NCBI GenBank assembly: GCA_017453245.1
Contig: JAFTKM010000018.1
Location: 10,916-74,915, forward strand
DNA: 64,000 nt
From: Clostridia bacterium
Lineage (GTDB): Bacteria > Bacillota > Clostridia > Oscillospirales > CAG-272
Direction: 5' to 3'
The translations under genes and the position numbers were made by a program. The notes beneath the pieces are model-generated. The model was not told where the DNA came from. It made no database searches and was given only the letters and a program-made list of their open reading frames with translations. Numbering within the stretch: position 1 is the stretch's first letter; each line of letters opens with the position of its first letter. Of the stretch, positions 47,309-56,158 are shown piece by piece.

Positions 47309-47728
47309 TTATTTGGATAACTTATATCCACAAGCGGTACACCTGTTATTTTCGTCAAAAAAGTGAACTTCACTTCTGCATATAGAATCGACAAAGTAAG
47401 CATTAAGTTTAACTCTATCTTCTTCACTGACCGTCAGAGATTTATTGAAATCATAATCTATAAACGTTCCGCATTCGCTGTGGTAAAAAATCTCCCGATC
47501 ATTCTTCATAATTACGGTATAATCACAATCGCATTTTGCAACGTCATTATGCCATTTGCTATTGTTAAGTAAATCAACCAACAGCGTTTTGTGTTCTCCA
47601 TCGGGATAGGGGGCGTAATCGGAATTTTGATATTTTATAGAAATTGGTTTATAAGTGTTGATGCTGCAAGAAGTCAATAAGGACATTGATAACACAATCA
47701 TCAAACATAAAGCCAATATCTTTTTCAT
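47309..47728 (-). CDS. Lipoprotein, hypothetical
   Basis: LLTSC lipobox; C-terminal HFFDENNRCTACGY. Confidence 0.7.
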   Translation of the reverse strand: MKKILALCLMIVLSMSLLTSCSINTYKPISIKYQNSDYAPYPDGEHKTLLVDLLNNSKWHNDVAKCDCDYTVIMKNDREIFYHSECGTFIDYDFNKSLTVSEEDRVKLNAYFVDSICRSEVHFFDENNRCTACGYKLSK

Positions 47729-47744
47729 TCGCTTTACCTGCCTT

Positions 47745-48131
47745 TCATTCAGCTCTACCTAATTGCATTTCAAGTGTTGCAATTTGCGTAAGGTTTTCTA
47801 GGGCGTCAAGATATACTACCTCGTCGCCCGATAGGTCAACGAGTATGACGCGGAAACAGTCGGTAAGTCCTTTTTGTTCGAGGATTCTTTTCATTTGAGG
47901 TATCGTTACAACCTGCAATGAACGTATTTCTTCATCGAACTTTTGTCTATTCGTTCCTACTGTGCCGCCGCATTCCCATTCGCCGCCGTCTTGCCAACAG
48001 TAAATCTCGATGCCTTTCATCGGATCTTCGCTTATATCGGGCAATCCGGGATATACGGGAGTGGAGCAAGCAGAGAGCGCAAACAAGGTCAGCATACACA
48101 ACACTAATGCTATAAATTTCTTCATCTTCAT
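47745..48131 (-). CDS. Lipoprotein, hypothetical
   Basis: FALSAC lipobox. Confidence 0.7.
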   Translation of the reverse strand: MKMKKFIALVLCMLTLFALSACSTPVYPGLPDISEDPMKGIEIYCWQDGGEWECGGTVGTNRQKFDEEIRSLQVVTIPQMKRILEQKGLTDCFRVILVDLSGDEVVYLDALENLTQIATLEMQLGRAE

Positions 48132-48138
48132 TACCGCC

Positions 48139-49554
48139 TTACTCTTTTAACCAGGCAACTCTTACGTAAGTGTCTGTGAAATACTCAGCCACGGTTTCTG
48201 CGTCAGACATATCCTCGATGGGGAAGGGCCTATTAAATACGTCATCACTTGTACACCATCCCTCGGGATTTTCCAGAACGACTGATTTTAGCTGTGTGCA
48301 GTTTCTGAACGCGCCGCTGCCGATGAAGGTAACGCTCGCGGGAATTGTTATTTCCTGCAATTTCTCGCATCCTAAAAATGCCTGCATATCAATTAGTGTA
48401 ATGCTGCTGCCAAGCGTAACCTTTTCCAGATTAGAACAGAGCATAAAGGCGTTGCCCTCAATGCACAGGACGTTGTTACCGACCACCAATTCTGTTATAC
48501 TTTCCCAGCCGTAAAGGGCATTTCCGCGAATATAGCGTACGGGAAGTCCGTTATAAAGATCGGGGATTTCGACTACACCGTCATCATCACCTAAAAAGCC
48601 TACGACACTATAACTATCGTCTCCGTCTTTTTCATATACAAGACCGTTTTCCTGAATATCCGGCACTTCATTCATTACATATTTGCAATCGTCACATTTA
48701 CCGTCACCATCACCATCTTCGTGCTCTCTAAAGTTTGGTGGCGTATCACAACCGCAGGTATATGCCCAACCGTGTCCCAACTCATCCTTGTAATTTTCCC
48801 ACGTATGTACGTGTCCTGACATATTCCATCCGCAAGCATCACAAAATTCGTCGCCGTCATTGTTATAATGGGGCTCAAAGCCTTCGGATACGCATCCGCA
48901 AGTGAACACCTGCATATGCGAGTCCTCATTCGTATCAAAATAATAATCGTGATACTCGTGAGATATACCTACGTAATATTCGCACTCGTCGCATTTACCG
49001 TTGTTATCCTCGTCGTAATGGGGCTTAAAATCTCTTTTTTCAAGGTTGGTGCAATCGCAAGTATAGATTTTCTTATGAGCATCTTCTTTTGTTTCATAAT
49101 AAAATTTATGCTCGTGGAGCTGCAATTCCTTGTGAACGGCTTTGAGCGCAGTTTCGGTAAAGGCTATAATGATTTCACCCTTTACGGGGCTTAGTGTTCC
49201 AAAGGATATTTCAATTTTATCGCCCTCGATATAACCGCCTGAGCCGCCAACCGGCATTTCATCATCTGCACAAAACTCTGCAAGCGTTTGTTCTTCGCCA
49301 AATAAACCTGAATCCTTGTAATTTACAGCTAATCGGCCGTGTTCAAGGTTTACTTGATAGTAGATTGCGCCCTCTCCAAGATCTGTGCGTGGAAGTTTAA
49401 TAGAGTATGAGCCTTCAAAATAATCCAATGTGAAAACAGCGCAGTTTTCATATTGCTCACAAGTAACCTTTTCGTCTTTTTTAAACAAATCGCAAGCGGT
49501 AATACAAGCGAGCATTAAAACCGCCACTAAAACACAAGCTAATAACTTTTTCAT
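48139..49554 (-). CDS. Lipoprotein with three His/Cys/Asp repeats and C-terminal BspA-type leucine-rich repeats
   Basis: CITAC lipobox; IEGNAFMLCSNLEKVTL, IDMQAFLGCEKLQEITIP, IGSGAFRNCTQLKSV. Confidence 0.8.
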   Translation of the reverse strand: MKKLLACVLVAVLMLACITACDLFKKDEKVTCEQYENCAVFTLDYFEGSYSIKLPRTDLGEGAIYYQVNLEHGRLAVNYKDSGLFGEEQTLAEFCADDEMPVGGSGGYIEGDKIEISFGTLSPVKGEIIIAFTETALKAVHKELQLHEHKFYYETKEDAHKKIYTCDCTNLEKRDFKPHYDEDNNGKCDECEYYVGISHEYHDYYFDTNEDSHMQVFTCGCVSEGFEPHYNNDGDEFCDACGWNMSGHVHTWENYKDELGHGWAYTCGCDTPPNFREHEDGDGDGKCDDCKYVMNEVPDIQENGLVYEKDGDDSYSVVGFLGDDDGVVEIPDLYNGLPVRYIRGNALYGWESITELVVGNNVLCIEGNAFMLCSNLEKVTLGSSITLIDMQAFLGCEKLQEITIPASVTFIGSGAFRNCTQLKSVVLENPEGWCTSDDVFNRPFPIEDMSDAETVAEYFTDTYVRVAWLKE

Positions 49555-49583
49555 CCTGATTACCTCATTAATTGCATATCAAT

Positions 49584-49916
49584 TTACTCCGAGAGAATGT
49601 ATCGCCAACGTTGTTTGACAGCTTCGGGCATAAGAGTGCCGAGGGTGTCACCGTCTCGCATCAGATGTTTGTTTTTTAAATGGAAGAAGAAAAATTCGCC
49701 TCGCCCCTCATTGAAACCGAGTTGAAACTCAAGCTCTCCTTTGTAGTAGGGGAATATAGGCTGTAGCTTTTGATCTATTTCAAAAACAAGGCGTCTTCCG
49801 TCGGTTTTATATCGTTTGATTATGGATTTTTCGTTCTCCTCAAACCATTGCCAAAAGTCCTTTGCGGCGTTCAGGTTCATTTCCTTCTTTTTAGTAAGTT
49901 GAAATCTGAATTTCAT
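49584..49916 (-). CDS. Hypothetical protein
   Basis: 110 aa, DFWQWFEENE motif; start codon uncertain. Confidence 0.55.
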   Translation of the reverse strand: MKFRFQLTKKKEMNLNAAKDFWQWFEENEKSIIKRYKTDGRRLVFEIDQKLQPIFPYYKGELEFQLGFNEGRGEFFFFHLKNKHLMRDGDTLGTLMPEAVKQRWRYILSE

Positions 49917-50014
49917 ATATTTGTCTCATTTCCCAGTTTGCTTATGCCAAGTATATGGCATCATAAAATGATCAGGGTACTACAGTTGTTTACAGTCTTG
50001 AGAGCTTGCCGACT

Positions 50015-50446
50015 TTAGTCTTTTTTGGGATTTTCAAATTTAGCGCGGTGCATCATTTCGGTCAACTGCTTTGCTACCTCTTCGCAATCCTTGATGTATC
50101 CGTATTTGAATTTCTCAAGATGTGTTCTTATAGTTACCGAGCCCCATTTGTACTGAACGCCCTTCGCTGAGGCGCGTCTGTAGGATATATCCGTAATATC
50201 GCATAGGGGGATAACCTTGCTTTTGGGAAGGTGAAGATTTCCCTCGGTGTCAACTTTAATTACATCATAGGGCAGAGAAACGTACTCAAAGAATATGTAT
50301 CCGGAAATAATGCTTAGCACCAGACCAAGCAAACCTATGACTATTATTCCATCCGAAATGCCCATTCCGAAAAAGATAAGTCCTAAAAATGTACAAGCTA
50401 AATACATAATTCCAACACCCGTTTTCTTCTGTGCGATTACATCCAT
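50015..50446 (-). CDS. Hypothetical two-TM membrane protein
   Basis: GGGAG RBS; two TM helices plus a beta-rich C-terminus. Confidence 0.65.
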   Translation of the reverse strand: MDVIAQKKTGVGIMYLACTFLGLIFFGMGISDGIIVIGLLGLVLSIISGYIFFEYVSLPYDVIKVDTEGNLHLPKSKVIPLCDITDISYRRASAKGVQYKWGSVTIRTHLEKFKYGYIKDCEEVAKQLTEMMHRAKFENPKKD

Positions 50447-50666
50447 AATTTTCTCCCTTTTTTTACGCTAAATATCTATTGTTGATTGGCCTTGTTTGAA
50501 AGGCCTGTCGTATATCCTGAATTCATTTTACCACATATTGCCTCCGTAGTCAAGTACGCCCCTCTGCGCGCATTATGAAATAATATTAATAAAATTAACT
50601 TTCCTTATTGCAATCCTTTTTGCAGAGTGCTATAATCTTCTTAAAGTGTTTTTTCGGAGGTGAAAA

Positions 50667-51773
50667 ATGAAAAGATTTTTAAAATCAATACATCCCGATG
50701 ACGATATGCATTATGAGAAAATGGGTCTTACCCGTGACAGAATAGAGATTTGGGAGGACGGTGCGCGCACCGAGGGCAAAAAGGGAGAGTACGAGTGGTG
50801 GTACTTCGACTCGCATTATGAAAACGGCACCAAGCTAGTTATCATATTCTTCTCAAAGTCACCCATAGAGGTAAACGGTCCGATAAAGCCGCAGGCTACT
50901 CTGGAGCTCACCTTGCCCGACGGCAGGAGCTACTACGATTTTGTCAGCGCGAGCATTGAGGAGAGCCTTTACGCTACGGACAAGTGCGACGTAAGAGTCG
51001 GCGACAGCCATATTACGGGCGACCTTAAGCACTATGACATAGTATTTAATGGAGAGAAGGTCAGGGCGAGAGTATCTCTTGACGGCACGATCCCCGCGTG
51101 GCGCTCGCAGACGGGCTCTATCTTCTTTGGTGACAAAGAGGAGAAGTACTTTGCCTGGCTTCCCGCAATTCCCGATGGCAAGGTCGTCGCCGACCTCAGC
51201 CTTGATTCGGGCGAGCTTCACCTTGAGGGCTCGGGCTACCACGATCACAACTGGGGCAACGCTGTTATGCTTGAGCTTATGCACCATTGGTATTGGGGCA
51301 GAGCAAAGATCGGTGATTACAAGGTCATCTCGTCCTGGATCACAGCAGAGAAGAAGTACGGCTATAAGGACCACGACGTCTTTATGATAGCCAAGGGCAG
51401 CGAGATCCTCGGAGATAACTCCAACCACACTCTTAAATTCCTTCCTACCGACGAGTACACCGACAAGACCACAGGCAAGCCGGTATACAATAAGGTGATC
51501 TACGAATACACCACCGAGGGTGGCGAGCTCTACCGCATCACCTACGACCGTAAGGGCGATATTTCCAAGCAGAACTTTATCAATCTGCTCTCGGGTGTTA
51601 CCAAATTTGCCGCAAAGCTCATAGGCTTCTCGGGCTCATACCTTCGCTTTGAGGGAAGCGCTACAATTGAGAAGATCGAGAACGGCGAGGTAGTCGAATC
51701 GGTTACCGAGCCCTCCGCAGTCTGGGAGCTTATGTACTTCGGCAAGGCGTGCGCAGATAAGAAAAACAAGTAA
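50667..51773 (+). CDS. CrtC/AttH-like tandem lipocalin-fold enzyme (often annotated hydroxyneurosporene synthase)
   Basis: WEDGART, YEWWYFD, GSGYHDHNWG, HHWYWGRA. Confidence 0.7.
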   Translation: MKRFLKSIHPDDDMHYEKMGLTRDRIEIWEDGARTEGKKGEYEWWYFDSHYENGTKLVIIFFSKSPIEVNGPIKPQATLELTLPDGRSYYDFVSASIEESLYATDKCDVRVGDSHITGDLKHYDIVFNGEKVRARVSLDGTIPAWRSQTGSIFFGDKEEKYFAWLPAIPDGKVVADLSLDSGELHLEGSGYHDHNWGNAVMLELMHHWYWGRAKIGDYKVISSWITAEKKYGYKDHDVFMIAKGSEILGDNSNHTLKFLPTDEYTDKTTGKPVYNKVIYEYTTEGGELYRITYDRKGDISKQNFINLLSGVTKFAAKLIGFSGSYLRFEGSATIEKIENGEVVESVTEPSAVWELMYFGKACADKKNK

Positions 51774-51942
51774 TTTTTCGCCGTTTTTCAAGAAAACAAC
51801 CGTCGGTTGAGTGTTTTTTAAACAAACAGTTGTACAGGAACAACTAACCGTCGCTTCAAATATGCCGTGATAGGATGTAGAATAAATGTAGAGCGAGGGA
51901 GCAATGCCTCGCAAATTCTACATATCGAAAGGAACAGAAAAA

Positions 51943-52443
51943 ATGAAACAGACTCTTGGAATGAGAATAGCGGAAAAGAGAAAGGAAAAGGGACTCAGGC
52001 AGGATGACGTTGCCGAGAGACTTGGCGTATCCTCTCAGGCGGTAAGCAAGTGGGAGAATGATCTCTCTTGCCCCGATATATCCGCGCTCCCCGACCTTGC
52101 CGAGCTTCTTGGTACAACGGTGGACGAGCTTCTCACGGGTAAGAAGGCGGAGCAAGCGGCAGTTTATGTTGAGGAAAAGGACAGAAAGCGCTTTGACGAG
52201 CTTATGCTCTTTATCCGCGTTAATTCGAGCGATGGAGATAAGGTTAAGGTCAATATTCCTATGCCTCTTATCCGCGCTTGCATTGATATGGGTGTTTCTA
52301 TTGATACCGTGAGCGGTGGCAAGACCAAAGGAGTGAACATTGATTGGGCTCAGATAATGACTCTTATTGAAAGCGGTGTTATCGGCAGACTTGTCGAAGT
52401 TGAAAGCTCGGACGGAGACACAGTAATTATAGAGGTAGAGTAA
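51943..52443 (+). CDS. XRE-family HTH regulator with a C-terminal beta domain
   Basis: RKEKGLRQDDVAERLGVSSQAVSKWENDLSCPD; start at ATG 51943. Confidence 0.85.
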   Translation: MKQTLGMRIAEKRKEKGLRQDDVAERLGVSSQAVSKWENDLSCPDISALPDLAELLGTTVDELLTGKKAEQAAVYVEEKDRKRFDELMLFIRVNSSDGDKVKVNIPMPLIRACIDMGVSIDTVSGGKTKGVNIDWAQIMTLIESGVIGRLVEVESSDGDTVIIEVE

Positions 52444-52685
52444 TGAGGATCAGTATTACCTCCGAAAACAAGAGCTTCAACCTGCGTTTTCCTACCCGTC
52501 TTGCGTTTACGAGGCTTGGCCTAAGCTTTTTAAAAAAAGCACACGTAGATCTTCCTGAGAATTTTAGCTCACGTGATCTGAAGAGACTTTATAGAGTGAT
52601 AAAAGAATCAAGAAAAATACATAAGGATTGGTACGTCGTCGAGGTTGAGAGCTCGGACGGTGAGAATGTGAAGATCAAGCTTTGA
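52443..52685 (+). CDS. Small hypothetical protein resembling the C-terminal domain of the upstream regulator
   Basis: Overlapping TAATG junction; ends VEVESSDGENVKIKL. Confidence 0.65.
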   Translation: MRISITSENKSFNLRFPTRLAFTRLGLSFLKKAHVDLPENFSSRDLKRLYRVIKESRKIHKDWYVVEVESSDGENVKIKL

Positions 52686-52699
52686 TAAAGGAGTTCCTT

Positions 52700-53380
52700 A
52701 TGCAGGAAAAAATAATTGAGCGGCTCTTTGAGCTCCAAGACGGGAAATACCGCGATTTCACAGCATCGCTTATCCCGAATATTGATAAAGAACGCATTAT
52801 AGGCGTAAGAGCTCCCGTCCTCAGAAAATATGCAAAGGAGCTTAGCAAGGGCGAGGGAAGAGAGGCTATTATGTCCTCGTTGCCTCATAGGTATCTCGAG
52901 GAGGACAGCCTCCACGTATTCTTTATAAATGAGATAAAGGACTTCGATACCTGCCTTGGCGAGCTTGAGCGCTTCTTACCCTATGTGGATAACTGGGCGA
53001 CCTGCGACGGTCTCCGACCGCGAAGCTTTCCTAAGAATACCGAAAGGCTGATACCTCATATCGAAGGATGGCTGAAGTCGGAGCGCACCTATACAGTACG
53101 CTTTGCGATCGAGATGCTGATGGTATATTATCTTGGTGAGAATTTTGAACCAAGGCTTCTCGATATGGTAGCAGGTGTTGAGAGTGACGAATACTACGTC
53201 AATATGATGATAGCCTGGTATTTTGCTACGGCACTTGCCAAGAGATGGGACGACACCGCTCTAATCATAGATAACTCAAGACTCGCTCCTTGGGTTCATA
53301 ATAAGACGATACAAAAGGCGTGTGAGAGCTACCGTATCACAGACGAGCAGAAGCAATATCTGCGGACTAAAAGGAGATAG
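52700..53380 (+). CDS. DNA alkylation repair protein (AlkD-like HEAT-repeat)
   Basis: IGVRAPVLR, LPYVDNWATCD, EYYVNMMIAWYFATAL, NKTIQKACES. Confidence 0.85.
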   Translation: MQEKIIERLFELQDGKYRDFTASLIPNIDKERIIGVRAPVLRKYAKELSKGEGREAIMSSLPHRYLEEDSLHVFFINEIKDFDTCLGELERFLPYVDNWATCDGLRPRSFPKNTERLIPHIEGWLKSERTYTVRFAIEMLMVYYLGENFEPRLLDMVAGVESDEYYVNMMIAWYFATALAKRWDDTALIIDNSRLAPWVHNKTIQKACESYRITDEQKQYLRTKRR

Positions 53381-53469
53381 CTCATCACTCGAATAAAGCA
53401 TAAAATAATAACTAAAGTAGTCAAAAAACAACAATAAACGATTAAAACGCAAACAAGGACTTTTGAAAA

Positions 53470-54702
53470 ATGACAAACACCAAGCGCATCAGATCTGCCT
53501 GCTACTGTATGAACGTAGCTATGGCGGTCATCGGCAATCTGCCTCCAATACTCTTTCTGACCTTCCACAACAAGTTCGGGATATCCTTCTCGCTTCTCGG
53601 CCTTTTGGTACTCTTGAACTTCTCGACACAGCTGCTTATAGACCTCGTCTTCAGCTTTTTCTCACATAAGTTTAATATACCCCTGACGGTAAAGCTGACG
53701 CCTCTTATCAGCGTGCTTGGTCTTGTCATTTTCGTTGCCTGGCCGACCTTCCTTCCGTCTAGCGCATATCTCGGACTTGTCATCGGCACTATCGTATTTT
53801 CAGCATCCTCAGGTCTTGCTGAGGTTCTTCTCAGCGCTGTTATCGCCGCGCTTCCGTCGGACAATCCCGACCGCGATATGAGTATGCTTCATTCCATCTA
53901 CGCTTGGGGTGCGGTAGGCGTCATCTCTCTCGGCTCGCTCTTCCTTCTTATCTTCTCGAGCGATTCCTGGCAGATACTCACGCTCATCTTCACTCTCGTA
54001 CCCCTTTTGTCCTTTGTGCTTTATCTCGGCGCAGAGCTTCCCGAGCTTAACGTCGGCGCAAAGGCGGATGCCTCGACTCCCATCTATAAGAGCAAGGTTA
54101 TGTGGTTATCCGTTATCGCCATCTTCCTTGGCGGCGCTATCGAGTGCACCATGGCTCAGTGGGCATCGAGCTTTACCGAGGTTGCCTTAGGCATTCCCAA
54201 GATATACGGCGACGTCTTTGGCGCGGCGCTCTTTGCACTTACTCTCGGTCTCGGCAGAACACTCTACACAAAGTATGGCAAGAGGATAGAGGGAATACTT
54301 ATCGCTGGCGTTATCGCCGCCGCAGTATGCTATCTCACCGCAGTATTTTCATCAAGCCCCATCATCGGTCTTATCGCTTGCGCGCTCACCGGCTTTGCCG
54401 CATCTATGCTTTGGCCCGGTAACCTCATAGCGGTTTCCGAGCGTATTCCCACAGGCGGTGTTGTTATGTTCGCGCTTATGGCGGCGGGCGGAGACCTCGG
54501 CGCGTCCGTTGGACCCGAGCTTGTCGGCATTATCACCGACGTAGTAGCCGCAAGCCCCCGTATGCTTGAAGTTGCCTCGGACCTTGGTATGTCGGGCGAG
54601 CAGCTCGGTATGAAGTGCGGACTCCTCGTCGGCGCGGTATTCGCAATCATCGCAATACCTCTTTATATCTCCATCTTCAGAAGCAAAAAAGAGAAGAAAT
54701 AA
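53470..54702 (+). CDS. MFS transporter
   Basis: About 12 TM helices; SGLAEVLLS, LHSIYAWG, GGDLGASVGP. Confidence 0.85.
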   Translation: MTNTKRIRSACYCMNVAMAVIGNLPPILFLTFHNKFGISFSLLGLLVLLNFSTQLLIDLVFSFFSHKFNIPLTVKLTPLISVLGLVIFVAWPTFLPSSAYLGLVIGTIVFSASSGLAEVLLSAVIAALPSDNPDRDMSMLHSIYAWGAVGVISLGSLFLLIFSSDSWQILTLIFTLVPLLSFVLYLGAELPELNVGAKADASTPIYKSKVMWLSVIAIFLGGAIECTMAQWASSFTEVALGIPKIYGDVFGAALFALTLGLGRTLYTKYGKRIEGILIAGVIAAAVCYLTAVFSSSPIIGLIACALTGFAASMLWPGNLIAVSERIPTGGVVMFALMAAGGDLGASVGPELVGIITDVVAASPRMLEVASDLGMSGEQLGMKCGLLVGAVFAIIAIPLYISIFRSKKEKK

Positions 54703-54705
54703 ACA

Positions 54706-54735
54706 CAAAAAGAGCTCGTTTTGAGCTCTTTTTTT
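54706..54735 (+). terminator. Intrinsic terminator
   Basis: AAAAAGAGCTC-GTTTT-GAGCTCTTTTTT. Confidence 0.75.
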
Positions 54736-54745
54736 ATGCAACCAC

Positions 54746-54774
54746 TTGCAAATCACCTCGAAATATGCTAAAAT
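54746..54774 (+). promoter_or_regulatory. Sigma-A promoter of the riboswitch-controlled operon
   Basis: TTGCAA-17 bp-TAAAAT with a TG extension. Confidence 0.65.
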
Positions 54775-54825
54775 AAACCGAACAAAAGAATAAACGCAAC
54801 TCATCGGGCGCTCATGACGCCCGTT

Positions 54826-54930
54826 GTCGGGTACTTTTTCGTATTCGGGGATAAGGAAATCGAGGTGTAAATCCTCGGCAACAGCCATTACCGTAATTGA
54901 GCATAGCTCTTAAGTCGGAATGCTTATCGT
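54826..54930 (+). promoter_or_regulatory. Cobalamin riboswitch (compact variant; boundaries approximate)
   Basis: AAGGAAATCGAGGTGTAAATCCTCGGCAACAGCCATTACCGTAA...AAGTCGGAA resembles the cobalamin core (AGGGAA / GGTG.AA.TCC / ACTGTAA / AGCCAG.A B12 box); downstream genes fit B12 uptake. Confidence 0.8.
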
Positions 54931-55008
54931 TTTGCGACTCGTAAAAATCTCTTGGGCAAAGGAAGGGAGGAGTGCTATCAGGATACGGCAGGGTATCCTT
55001 TTTCGTCA

Positions 55009-55034
55009 GCTCTTCCCATAGGGAAGAGTTTTTT
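55009..55034 (+). terminator. Riboswitch expression-platform terminator
   Basis: GCTCTTCCC-ATA-GGGAAGAGTTTTTT upstream of the first gene. Confidence 0.75.
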
Positions 55035-55075
55035 ATTTTATCCTTTTGTATTTCATAAACGAAAGGAAAGAAAAA

Positions 55076-55489
55076 ATGAAAAGAATCGTATCACTTACAC
55101 TTGTTGTTCTTATGATCTGCGCGCTTCTCGTGTCCTGTAACACGGTAGAGAAGACGGGCGCGTGGGAGAATGCAACCTACCGCCGCGATATGGAGTTTGG
55201 CGAGGGCGCAAAGACAGTCGAGGTTGAGGTAAAGGCGGAGGATCAGTCGATCACCTTCACCATCCACACCGATAAGGAGACACTCGGCGCGGCTCTCCTT
55301 GAGCACGAGCTTATCGCAGGCGAGGAAAGCCAGTTTGGTCTTTACGTTAAGTTTGTTAACGGCATTGAGGCTGACTACGACAAGGACGGCACCTATTGGG
55401 GCTTCTATAAGAACGGTGAGATGATGATGGTAGGCGTTGACGGCGCGGTAATCGCAGACGGTGAGCACTACGAGCTGGTCAAGGAATAA
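55076..55489 (+). CDS. DUF4430 (transcobalamin beta-domain-like) lipoprotein, CbrS-like
   Basis: LLVSC lipobox; GLYVKFVNGIEAD...YWGFYKNGEM..VGVD; start at ATG 55076. Confidence 0.8.
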   Translation: MKRIVSLTLVVLMICALLVSCNTVEKTGAWENATYRRDMEFGEGAKTVEVEVKAEDQSITFTIHTDKETLGAALLEHELIAGEESQFGLYVKFVNGIEADYDKDGTYWGFYKNGEMMMVGVDGAVIADGEHYELVKE

Positions 55490-56029
55490 ATGACAAAAGA
55501 GAACGTCAGACACGGCTCGGTCAACGTGAGGGAAATGTGCATCTTTGCAATGCTTGGGGCGATAATGTTCGCGTCCAAGGTCATTATGGAGGCGCTCCCC
55601 AATATCCACCTGCTTGGAATGTTGACCGTGACTTATACCGTAGTCTATCGCAAAAAGGCGCTTATTCCCATATACGTTTACGTTATGCTTAACGGACTTT
55701 TTGCGGGCTTTAACCTCTGGTGGCTTCCGTACACCTACATCTGGACAATTCTCTGGGGCATTACGATGCTCCTGCCGAGAAATATGCCCAAAAAGGTCGC
55801 ATACATCGTCTACTCGGTCATCTGCGCGCTTCACGGCTTTGCCTTTGGCACGCTCTATGCGCCGGCTCAGGCATTGATGTTTGGCCTGAATTTTGAGCAG
55901 ACCGTGGCGTGGATAATCTCCGGAATTCCGTTTGACCTTATCCACGGATTCTCAAACCTCGGTCTCGGATTCCTGATAGTACCGCTTACGGAGCTACTGA
56001 CCAGACTCTCTCGTAAAATAATCAACTAA
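55490..56029 (+). CDS. ECF transporter S component, probably for cobalamin (CbrT-like)
   Basis: 179 aa, about 6 TM; LPNIH, WW.PY.YIW, GIPFD.IH..SN; downstream of a B12 riboswitch. Confidence 0.78.
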   Translation: MTKENVRHGSVNVREMCIFAMLGAIMFASKVIMEALPNIHLLGMLTVTYTVVYRKKALIPIYVYVMLNGLFAGFNLWWLPYTYIWTILWGITMLLPRNMPKKVAYIVYSVICALHGFAFGTLYAPAQALMFGLNFEQTVAWIISGIPFDLIHGFSNLGLGFLIVPLTELLTRLSRKIIN

Positions 56030-56158
56030 ATCAGAAAAGCAGAGAATAGATGGCAAAAACCATTTTTTCTCTGCTTTTTATATCAAATTTCAATCAATGT
56101 GCCAATAGGCACAATGCATGACACAAGGCGTCATGGGCTTTCCGTAGAAAAACACACG

